A DNA stretch of 64,000 nt. It comes from Orbicella franksi. Lineage: Eukaryota. Made by a program: the position numbers and the translations under genes. The notes under the pieces were generated by a model. It saw only the letters and a list, made by a program, of their open reading frames with translations, had not been told where the DNA came from and made no database searches. Positions within the stretch are counted from its first letter, which is position 1, and each line of letters opens with the position of its first letter. Location: the NCBI GenBank assembly GCA_964199315.1, contig OZ116704.1, forward strand, positions 15,190,001 to 15,254,000. Direction: 5' to 3'. Below are positions 1-11,300 of the stretch, one piece after another.

Positions 1-2110
1 GCGCGTCGGGTATGTTATGGACGGGTCAATGGGTGAGTGAGTGAGTGAGTGAGTGAGTGAGTGAGTGAGTGAGTGAGTGAGTGAGTGAGTGAGTGAGTGA
101 GTGAGAGATGTATGTATGTCACACCAATCAGATTGGATCTACTATGAAGAGCCAATCAAATTTCTTGTTGTAAAGGGAAATGGTATGTGAGAAACTGACA
201 AGGTGTGTATAAACACAAGGACTATGGTAATTGAAAAATAAAGAGTGACGTGTATGTTACCGGTTTGCGATTTTCAGTCCGGTTTGGAGGGAAGTGTGAC
301 AGTTAGATACCTACATTGGGTTGTTTTATAGTGCATAATTTTCAGTGTAATGGTGGCTAGTTATGAACGAGATGAGTCTTGAGTTTTGAAGCAGTTCATG
401 AGTTAGTAGTAGGCAAATGGCACGAGATATTTTTATTTTTGATTACAAAGGGTAACTTGATACTTTTGTTTTCCACAAGGAGTTAATTCAATTAGAGGTC
501 ACGAATCGTCGGTTCTAGTTCTTAGGACATGTTTTAGAGGAGACGAGACTATTTAGATTTGAAGCATTTCTAACGTTTACAATAGTAAGTGCAGGTAACG
601 ATTGTTTTGTTCGTATTGCATGCAAATGTAACGAGATATTTTTATTTTTTAGTTACAATGGGTAATTTGACACTCTTGTTTTTCACAAGGTAGTAAATTC
701 AATTAGAGCTGACGAATCGTCACCACTTGTTCCCACGAGATGTTTGCTATTTTTAGTTACAAATGGTAACTCGACAATTCTGTTTTTCATATGGAAGTAA
801 ATTCAATTAAAGCTTACAAGTTATCAGCTATTGTTCCCAAGATATTAAACAAAATAGAAGCTTTCATTTCTAGAGTGTTTTTACGTCTCTGCAGTAGCAG
901 TTTAATAGTTTTATTTGATGATATTCATTTTAGTCCGATATTTTTTAAGGTAAAAAGTATGAAAACTGTTCAAACGTTCTTTGTAGACTGCGTGGCGTCA
1001 AGTTAAAGTGCATTTAATTAAATCAGACTTTCAACGTGTCAGAGAGGTTTTTTTCTTTCTTTCTATTTTTGAGTTATTTTTTTTGTAAAAACGATACCTC
1101 TTAGTCGGCGCGTCGGGTATGTTATGGACGGGTCAATGGATGAGTGAGTGAGTGAGTGAGTGAGTGAGTGAGTGAGTGAGTGAGTGAGTGAGAGATGTAT
1201 GTATGTCACACCAATCAGATTGGATCTACTGTAAACAGCCAATCAAATTTCTTGTTGTAAAGGTAAACGGTATGTGAGAAGATTTGATCCCGATGCAGTT
1301 TAGAACGGCCATATTTATTCTTCTATAAAAGAGGAGGAAGTATTCATATATTGGGTTTACTTCGACATTTTCTGTGGGTTAGGCTGAGGATTTTAGTTAA
1401 ATGAACGAGATGAGCCTTCGGTTCGTGAGTTAGAAGTATGCAAATGCAACGAGATATTTTTATTTTTAGTTACAAAGGTAACTTGATGCTTTTGTTTTTC
1501 ACAAGGAGTAAATTCAATTAGAGGTCACGAATCGTCGCTTTTAGTTCTTAGGACATATTTTAGAGGAGACGAGACTATTTAGATTTGAAACAGTTCTAAC
1601 GTTTACAATAGTAAGTGCAGGTGACGATTGTTTTGTTCTTGTTGCGTGCAAATACGAGATATTTTTATTTTTTAGTTACAAAGTGTAATTTGACACTCTT
1701 GTTTTTCACAAGAGAGTAAATTCAATTAGAGCTGACGAATCGTCACCGCTCTTTCCCATGAGATGTTTGCTATCTTTAGTAACAAATGGTAACTTAACAC
1801 GTTTGTTTTTTATATGGGAGTAAATTCAATTAGAGCTGACAAGTTATCGGCTATCGTTCCCAGGATATTAAACAAAAAAAAGCTTTCATTTCTGGACGGT
1901 TTTTACGTCTCTGCAGTAGCAGTTTATTTTTATTTGATGGGCATTTTATGACATTCTCTTCAGTCCGATATTTTTAAAGGTAAAAAGTATCAAAACTCTC
2001 AAATGTTCTTTGAAGGCTGCCTGGCACCAAGTTAAAGTGCAATTTAATTAAATCAGACTTTCAATGTGTCAGAGAGGTTTTTTTTTCTCTTTCTTTCTAT
2101 TTTCGGTGAC
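1..2110. repeat. Tandem duplication of a ~1.1-kb composite unit ((GTGA)n microsatellite plus ~100-200-bp internal subrepeats); a diverged third head at ~2210-2350
   Basis: gcgcgtcgggtatgttatggacgggtcaatgg+(gtga)n occurs at 1 and 1108 (period 1107). Subrepeat aacgagatattttt...aattcaattagag...acgaatcgtc recurs at ~421, 630, 745, 1448, 1654, 1760. Confidence 0.9.
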
Positions 2111-2366
2111 GTAGTGTTGTGTAAAAAGGTAAACTTACGACTCGTATAAAATGCGAAAAGGTCTCTTAACTTGAGTATTTTTGAGCAAAAATTCCTCTTG
2201 GGGGTTGGAAGGGCTATGTGATGGGTGAGTGAGGGAGTTATGCGTGTGCACGTGTCACACCAATCACAGTGTGGGTTTTATCAAAGATCGAATCAAAGAA
2301 GAGAAAAAGATGGTATCTACACTAATCTGGAGACGTGTCAGATTACTGTAGTTTGTTCAAACATTT

Positions 2367-2518
2367 TAGCGGAGCTCCGGCGGCCCGAAGGGCCGCCAAG
2401 CGGAGCCCCATACTCATATGGGAAAGAAAAGGAAACCCATGAGTTGATTTTCTCATGGTTATCATGGCTAGCGGTATTGCTCGTGGGCGCGTACGCACGA
2501 CGACGACGACGACGACGA

Positions 2519-2574
<56 letters not shown>

Positions 2575-3110
2575 GAGTTGCCCAACATGGCGGCCATACT
2601 CCAAATAATAGGTTGACAGGGACATGCAGCCTTGGTTTACCGTGTACTTCCTTGATATTGGACATCCATGTTATGATCAATTGACACCTGTCAATACAAG
2701 GTATCCGCTGACCAGTATCACGTGACCATATCGCGGGCTCAGGTTTACAGCTCCTCGAGGTCACGTGTTTTCTTGAAGTTGACCGCTGACCAAGCGCTGG
2801 CGATTGGATCGCGGGCTCATATTGGGTTAGCTTGTTGGAAACAGGGCAGGATTGCTCGGAAGCCAGTTTACGCTAACCCAGGATTAAAAGTTAATCGAAT
2901 TATAACTTTTTCTTCTATACAAATGTGTTTTGCTGTTTTGTTTTGTGTATATGGTGATTATTAAAACTCAAAACAGAAGGCCAAACAATATACAGAAACC
3001 TCACCGCAAAGTTACAAAACTCAAATCAAAATTCTACCTTTTCTGGGTTAGCTTAATCGGGCTTTGAACAACCCGGCCCAGGAGCTACGCTTTTAGGCTG
3101 GCCTAAATCT
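2367..3110 (+). mobile_element. Non-autonomous Helentron-like element (HINE/DINE-1 architecture) with (CGA)n/(CGGCGA)n microsatellite
   Basis: 5' subTIR agcggagctc, hairpin gcggccc-gaa-gggccgc, microsatellite 2497-2575, 3' subTIR gagctacgct, terminal hairpin tttaggc-tg-gcctaaa, T-rich flanks. Homologous copies at 42029-43022 and 24182-24360 (-). The class assignment is inferred from architecture. Confidence 0.7.
2845..3078. mobile_element. PIF/Harbinger-like MITE nested in the HINE
   Basis: Imperfect ~35-bp TIRs (ggcaggattgctcggaagcc...gctaacccag / ctgggttagc...gctttgaacaacccggcc) flanked by a CAG direct repeat (2842-2844 and 3079-3081). Confidence 0.75.
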
Positions 3111-3331
3111 ATATATTATGGCTTACTATTTAGCTATCTTACCATTACCGATGTAACATCGTATGTACATCATAAATTCCCAGTTTCATTCTTGCTGTAC
3201 ATCGCAACCAAAAAAAACTTGTCAGATTTACCAAATCATTACTGTAAACAGCTCCATGAATGCTCCTATCTCCGGCACTTCACAAAAAAAAATAACTCCT
3301 GCACGCCTTGCGTGCCTATGTTTTATTTTAG

Positions 3332-4884
3332 AAATTACACGGGGTAAGAATATACCTCATTCCAATCCTTCGCAAAAATTACGGCTTGTTGTCGTTATTT
3401 AAAATCTCGAACTGGAAGTTATTCAGCCGTGACCTAAAACCTTCTGGAATGTTCTATTTCTCCTGTAATGTTCAAATTTAGAAACCTTGCAACAACGCTA
3501 TTTAATAGCCCTTTTCACGGTTAATTTTTCTCATTTACATTACAATGTAATCCAACGTGGATGCAAGGCAATTTCGGGCTAAAACTACAAAATAGCCCGA
3601 AATTCCCTCACATACATGCTAGGTTTTATTGTAATGCAAATGAGCAAAGGTAACCGTGAAAAGGGCTATTCTTTAGATAAGTTTCTGGAAATTCCGGGTG
3701 TGCTTGTATAAGAGCGTGACTTTTGTCCATAAGAGAGCAATGAGAAATGTAATGAAGTTTAGCGCTGCTGAGTGCTGTAATCCGAGAAGTTAAATAAACC
3801 AGTTTGTTACTGTTACCGACGATCCCTTCGGCAGCATTTCGTATCATTTGGGTAAACTAGTTCCTAGGCCTCAATATTTCGCCGCGGTCATTCGTTTCGG
3901 GTCATGTGGTCCGGGGCGAAACGTGTACTCCGGGCCGTTCGTCTGGGATACGAAATATCAATAGACTGCGAAGGCCTGGGAGAAAGCCGTACAGGAACTA
4001 GGCAACCCAACACTCTGTAGGATGAAGGTTCCCCTCCGCTGGCTGGGTACTTCCTTATATGGGCTATATAGGTATGTGCGGCCTCAAAGGGTATGGTTTA
4101 TTAGCCGTTTTCGTCAGAAATAGCGTATCGATTTTGGCCATTTTGGTCTCAAATGAGGACAGGTTTTCTGAGGTCTAGTCTTGAATTAGGTGCTTTTAAG
4201 GAGCTATCCTACCTAGCATTTAAACGTATAAGGCAGGTCTGAAACACGGAATTCAATAACGGGTCAGGTCTTACATAAGGTATTGGAAAATCGCAAATTT
4301 TGGTCTTATATAAGGTAAAGCTTTGGGGAAGTGGGCCCCACACCCCCACCCATTTTTTCTGGGAGTACGTCTCCGGACCCCCTTCATGAATCTGTGTATG
4401 TGCTAAGGGAAAACATAACTTGCTGTTGATAGCATTTGAACTGGCAGCTAAGGCTTTTTTGAAACACCTTTCTTGTCAATCAAATGGACTTTTTTTAATA
4501 CAAAACAAATTCATTGATCACTTGGAATATTTCACATTTTATTGTCATGTTTAGACCTGACAATGAGCATGGAACTTCAGGAAAATCACAACATACAAAG
4601 AAATGGGAAAACCGTTCAATATTAAAATTCATATATCTAATTTTTCCAAAAACGTACGAAAACAAATGAGGATAATTTACATGTTGAATAATTTACACGA
4701 AAGTTGTTAAAAGCACCACGCACTGCAAATTACTTTGGTTATTTTAGGAAGCAGGTTTGTCTGCTGGAATCTTAAAATTGCTCAAGCTGCCACTTTTGGC
4801 AGCCATGTTGCTAAGGCTCATGGTGTACCCATGGCAACAAGATCGTCATGCTACATTCACATTGCTCCAGAGGCTTCAGATTGA
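3332..4884 (+). CDS. Candidate last three coding exons of an unidentified gene (3332-3343, 3623-3649, 4748-4884)
   Basis: All have AG acceptors, the first two have GT donors (gtaaga, gtaacc), and all junctions are phase 1. Spliced peptide ...ITRGFIVMQMSKGSRFVCWNLKIAQAATFGSHVAKAHGVPMATRSSCYIHIAPEASD followed by TGA TAA TAA; AATAAA at 5173. No family recognised. Confidence 0.4.
3858..4000. mobile_element. Short MITE
   Basis: Termini tagttcct...aggaacta with inner aggcct/aggcct; TA at both ends. Confidence 0.55.
4041..4380. mobile_element. MITE-like repeat family with gggtactccc...gggagtaccc-type termini (related copies ~8990-9396 and ~52420-52745)
   Basis: Shared blocks (atataggtatgtgcggc, ttttctgggagtac, tactcccagaaaaattgggtggg) and G-rich/C-rich inverted ends. 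Confidence 0.55.
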
Positions 4885-5385
4885 TAATAAGCATGAAAAA
4901 TATTCGTTTTCCGTTCAACAGAATTTAACCAAACCTCCTGTTTCCTCTTGCGTGTCAAGACAATAATCTACAAACAATGTACCAGTAACTATATTGTCAA
5001 TAACTTACGGTAGTGAAGATGAACAGCATGGCTGACATTTGTCATGCATTAATTTAGTTTTTTCCAAAAATTTGGACGATGCTAATGCCTGGTCACAGCT
5101 CAACTTTCCTCAACAAGCGAGCTTCATTTCAAGACTCTCAATTTACTGTTAATGATAATTCAAACTCTCTTCAATAAATATTAGACTTTTGGGTTTCGGG
5201 TTAACATGCTGGTTAAGTTTTACTTTTCAGTGCCAATTTTGTGTTTAAATGTTCCCCAAATGACCTGACATGCAAAAGCAATCCATCAAATGAAAACGAA
5301 AGCTGTTAAACAAACTAATGTAAGTTAACATTAGTTATGACATTTCTGTTGGCAGATAACAATACTTTTTTACATGTCGTCAAGT

Positions 5386-8300
5386 TTAAAATGGTTTAAA
5401 ATCTCCAAATGTGGTCGCATCTGAGACTGGGGCATGCATGTCCTCTCTTATAGCGCTCCGATCTCGGATTTTTGCAACAAGGAGAGAATGCTCCACCTAC
5501 AATAAACAACAAAAAACAATGATAATAATAAACATGTATTGTTCGTTGCTTGCAAGGCGGCAATGCTGACTCTCAGCTCAGCCTAGTAGGTGAGCTAGAA
5601 ACTTGTCATTACATCACAAATTTCAGCTTGGGCTGAAAATGTTTCTCCTTGCAGCTGCCATTTTATGTGATTAATAACATGCGATTTTGCTTTGTAGGCC
5701 CAAGTTCTTTTTTCTGCCTTGGTGAAATTAAGTTTGTTTATTTGGCTTTTTGGGGCTTTGTAAGACTGTTTGACTAGGCTGAAATTTCCCGGTCAGTTTT
5801 TCAAACCATTGAAATTCTCTATGGTAAGTGATCACCCCTTTATCACTCTCTTAAGCCTCTCAAGGCTGAACTGCTGATACAGGCAGTCAGTATTTAGGTC
5901 ATCACCCAGCAGAAGTGATGTGGATTTACAGCGGCATGAAATATGTCCTCGGCTGTAACTCACTCTCTTTAATCAAACCATATTAAAAACAAAACAAAAT
6001 GACATACAGGGTGCAGCTGTTACATCCCTAAACAAAGTTTAAAGCTATGTGACTCTCATTCCCAGGTTCACTCTTCTTTCAATCTCCAGGGGTCAGGAAG
6101 AAGAGAGAGCCTGGGGACAAGGTTGAACTATGTAATATAAAAAGCACTAAACATACCACTCCAATACGGACTTCCATTTGCTGGACCTCCTGTTTAAGTC
6201 TTGTCAAAGCTTGTTTTATTCTGACTAAAGGGCCTACATCAAGACAAGTAAGATGACTGAAAATTTTCTTTCATTTAGTTCATGATTTTCTATACTCCTA
6301 TAGCCTTACAGCATGACAAAGAATTGATGATATAAGATGAATTTAGATTTAGCTTCATGGAAAGGGCATGTGTTTTGCTGGGCAATGATATATTAAACTG
6401 TTGTCATGAATTGGCTATTCCTACTATAAACCAATTTCACAAGCTTTTGAGTCCTGGTGAAGTGCTTTTCTGTTACTCTAGGTAAAGGCAAGGTAAAGTC
6501 TGCATACAAGCCAAGTGACCCATCAGGCCAGCGATTATCCTGGTTTCTGTAGCATGAAACGACTAAGAGTATCTCTACTCCCCTGCTGGATAGGATGCCA
6601 GGACTTCCATCACAGGGTTAACCCCAACATCAAATTCAGCAGTACTCATTTATACACCTGGGTGGAGAGAGGTACTTTGACAGTTAAGTGTCTTGCCCAA
6701 GAACACAACTCAATGTCTCTGGCCAGGGCTTGAACCCAGACCCCTCAATCCAGAGTAGAGTGCGCTAACCATGAGGCCACCGTACCTCCCTTTCCTGTGG
6801 CCTTAAGCCGTGGCTATTTGGAAACTGCACCTGTTTCACAAAATCTTACCTGCATCAGTCATGTTAGTGCCTCGCTCATCCATCTGAGCTTTGACAGATT
6901 CTAGTTCTTCTGTGATCTGTGAATGAAATCATGTAGGTACCTTAAGCCTTTTTCTACACTGTCATAACTCATAGAGCTTGCTTGTTACTCAAATCCATTC
7001 AAACTAAACACACCTGAGATAATGACTTTGTAAGCTCAGTAACTCCCCCTGATCCTTGTTTGTAGCGCTCTTTTGTCTGTTGAGAAAATCAAATACAACA
7101 CTGTTAAAACTTAATGTTTCTGTTGTATCAGGGACAAGGGTATTGACAGAGAAACAGTATAATAACAATGCCAAGAATGCAAGGATTTCCACAGATTATT
7201 ATCAGATTTTTCTTTGAGCTTTTTAAAACAGGGGTGGGCTGGGGTGGGAGTGAACATGAAAAAAATATATTCCATCACCATCAAATACGTTCAAAGAAAA
7301 TAAAAGCATCATACCTCAGCCAAATTGTCCTGTAAACTTCGAAATTCTTGCAGCAAATGTTCAAGCTGTTAAAGAAAGCAGCAAAGTAGGAAACAGATCA
7401 AACTCTCCACTTTGCAAGAGAGAATGCCTTGTCAAAAGTATCCATGGCTACACTCATATTACTAACAATAATTTCATCATCACTAGATTTATCTGCACAT
7501 TTAAGGTTTCAAACATGTCAATCAAACTTCTACATGTACTTGTCTCATTGAAAAGAGTTTCATCAGAATTTTGCATGGTACGCAAAATGAAGAGAACTTA
7601 ATCTGAAATTAAGTTATAACATCTCTCAGACTCTCGCGTTGGATGTGCAACCGAAAAAAGGATGGCCGATCATAGGGTTTAAAAAGAAAAAGTATCTGAA
7701 GATCAATGGTTAATAACACTTTGTTCATAATACCTGGTTATTAATGTACTTTTCTCGACTGGATATTTTCTCCAGTGTTCTGCTGATCTCATGGTGAAGT
7801 TTGTCAAGATGGCCCTGAAAAGTACAAACAAAAGTAAGCATTGTAACTCTCCCAGGGCTGAACATCACCAGATTGTGCTGAATCAGCATTGCATGAATGA
7901 CCTGATGGGGGCATGGAACACTTAAGCCATTGGTAAAGCATTCATGACTGGCCCATTACCCACAAGGGGACTATGGTAAAAAGTGAAATGGAAAGCATTT
8001 ATGAGCATGCTCATGTATATTGTAGAAGAGTGATTTCAAATGTCTTATTACATGTAATTACATAACTTACCCTTGTTTCTGTTAAAGATGACTTGATTCC
8101 TTCACTATGCTGTTGCATTTGCTCGTAATGGGTCCTCCAGTCCTACAAGTATACAGTGTTTGTCAATCAACTTATCCTACACTACAGTAGACACACTAAC
8201 ACTGCCAGACAAACCTAATGGTGTATTACTGGCAATAACCAGGGGTTTCACTAACCTTTTCAGCAGGGGGCAAACTAGTTTTTCACAGGCAGGCAAAACA

Positions 8301-11300
8301 TTTTGAGCTGACAGAAGCTCTTTAGAAGAAAAACTTTCCTCTAAATGGTCAAACATGGCAGGCAAAACTGACCTCACAGCCGGTCAATTTGTCTGGTTCC
8401 TGGCCCTTGATGAAACCCCTGAAGAACAAGTCTGAGGGCAAAGGAAATGTTGCCTTGATGGAAGTGGTCAAACAGCATAGTCAAACTCTTAAACACCTGT
8501 CAAACAGCACTCAGCTTTTGCTGATCTTGAAACACATCTAAAACCATCAGCAGCACCTAATGATGTCCTCAACTTAGTCTGTGAGGTTTTAAACTGCAAC
8601 CCAAATGCTTCCTTACACTGAAAAGGTACACTTGTCTTCCAGATTTACTTGGATGCTCAAACATCACTTGAAACTTTTCAAAGATGGATTAAAAGGATCA
8701 GAAGAAATTCAGTCATTTCGCTTGATTATTTCTAAAGGTATTTTGAAGATATTTACCTTGTTATCAGTTCTTATGTGGACCTTTAACAAAGGCAGAACTC
8801 TTTCAACTTCAAGTTTCCATTCAGCTGCATCAGTAGTTGATTCCATTACAGAATCAGGTTTGGATGAATCAACCATTTCCTAAAGGCAAAACAACGATCA
8901 ATGATCAATCCAGTGACAAATACCTTATAATAACCTCACTCCTAGACCTCCTTCACCTATCTATTTTATGCCAAGTGGCATATAATTCTGGGGTGGGGGT
9001 ACTCCCAGAAAAATTGGGTGGGGCGGTGCGGCCTACTTCACAAAACCCTTACCCTTTTAAAGACTAAAATCTGTAATTTTCCCTACCCTATTTAGTACCT
9101 AACCACAAATTTGATACCCTATTTAAGATCTGATCCTTAAATCAATACCCTGCTTCAGATCTGCCATATAATTAGTTCCCTATTCCCTTATCAATGATGA
9201 AAAAAGTAGCTTCTTCTGAAAAACATAGTTACGCAAATTGAAGGCCAGAGTGCAAAAACCATAGCCAATTTGAGACCAAACTGGCTAAAATCAAAAATCA
9301 GTACCCTAGGTCTGACCAAAACAGCAAAAAACATACCCTTTAAGGCTGCACATGTACCTATATAGCCCAAAGAAGGGAGTATTCCCCGCCCCCCAGGTAC
9401 ATAAGGTCTCCACAATCTGCTAGCAACTGACAAATATCCCCCAGCAGTCAAAACAGGTGGAAAACAGCTTTGAATGAACTTGAATTGCACTGTAGAGCAA
9501 CTGAAATTCAGAGTACAGTATAGTGTGCAACTAGTGTTTGTCTTGTGTCAAGTTCTGGTTCAAAATAAAGTGACAATAGTTTGGTGTCTGATAGTTGACT
9601 GACACCTTTGTTCCTTCACAAGCTAACAGCCAAAATTAGCCTTTAACTAGAAAAGCAATGGTGTAAACAAAAAAAAACTATTACATTCATCTGGGACTGT
9701 TGCTTCATTCCTGCCAGATCAAGGTAACTGTCATCTTCTTCAATTTCTTCTTCCACCTCATCCTGAATAGGAGTAAATATATGTAATGAGCAAACAGTAA
9801 ATAACATCTTCAACAATCAAACTATTGTACAGTAAAATAGGGATGGAACAAGAACCAAAAAAAACAAAAATTCTCATTAGTGAGCATTGTCGTAATGAAC
9901 ACTTATCTCAGAACTAACAGTAAAATGAGTATCTTAGGTAATTGTACATGAATGCAAGTTCAAGTAAGTAAGTACAAGTAAAATTGCTCAAGCCTTCAGG
10001 CCAGTGCAATTTGTAACTTGAAAGAATTTTCAAATATCACACCAGTGTAAACCCTTAATTGTTCAAGCCTTCATACGATTACTCATTTATTGTATGACTG
10101 GGAAAATCACAAAAACACATGGCTGCATTTAATCTGCACTACAGTGCACACTGAAAATTAACGATAAATTGGCCAGCTCTCAGCCAATCACAATGAAATA
10201 ATTTTCTCAGTGAAAAATAAAGACACATACAGCAATCAATTCAGGAGAATCAAAATTCTGATCGTGATGACAGTACTGACCATCATTTCTTCCTCTACTT
10301 TGTTCAATGTTAATTCAGCCTCATCATCTTCCATGGTTTCCTCTTCAAAGTCTTCTTGCGCATGTTGCGGCCTTAGATTTCAACCAAAAGGCAACTTTGT
10401 TATTAACATCTTTTTTTTTAACTGATAGAGATATTTACTTAGTCTAGTAAATTGAACAAAACAACTTTCACAAAGAATGGATTCTGCAGACGCTTACTTT
10501 TGCCAGGCAAATTTTCTGGTTTTCAGAGCCTCATCAGCAAGTTTATCGATCACATAACAAATCTAAAGAAATTGAAATATTAAAATGTAATGTCATAAAT
10601 TACTGGTAAGTTACAGGTCAGAATGAAAGTAACATAAGCAACCTCTGAGATGCTAATTCCAAATAATTACATAATAATAGAAGGGCATGTTGCAAGAATA
10701 GAGCAGTTTTCAGTTGAGTGCCATAAACCAAAACTAAACCAGTTAACTTACCGATTAGACTACCCACCTAATCTCAAACCGCAGTTAAACCAAAACCAAA
10801 ACCAAAGTAGCTGCCTGTCATTACTTTTGACACTCAGTTGAAAACCACTCCAAGGTGAAGCATGGGTTACTGGTAAGTTGTTATTACTTAATTTGAAATG
10901 ATTCAATTTTTCATATTCAGATTGAAGGCAATCTGGTAGAATGCTTCAGATCCCAGATCTAGCCTGCACTCCTTATCATACTTTATTCGACAATCAGTGA
11001 CACCTGTTCTCCTGATCCTGTTTTCAACTTTCCTGGAGGGAAATCTGCCGGTACTCCCTGGAGTAAAACCAAAAAAATTACATATTAAACAAAATCATAA
11101 TTAAATGCAAATATTTATTGTTACTGTATAGTAAGTTAATCAAATGTACTAGCTAGTCAATGATGCTCACATTTCTAATCTGACTACTACTGATGGCTTT
11201 TGGTGGCCTCTTATGAGAAACAAGAAGCATTTTGTTATATAACTTTAGTTATGTACCTTTGTCTTGTTTGAGTATATAATTATTGTGTATTAGTAGACTG

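Noticed and set aside
2225-2625. Poly-Arg and poly-(Val-Ala) ORFs on both strands
   Set aside because: They are translations of the (CGA)n/(CGGCGA)n microsatellite inside the HINE.
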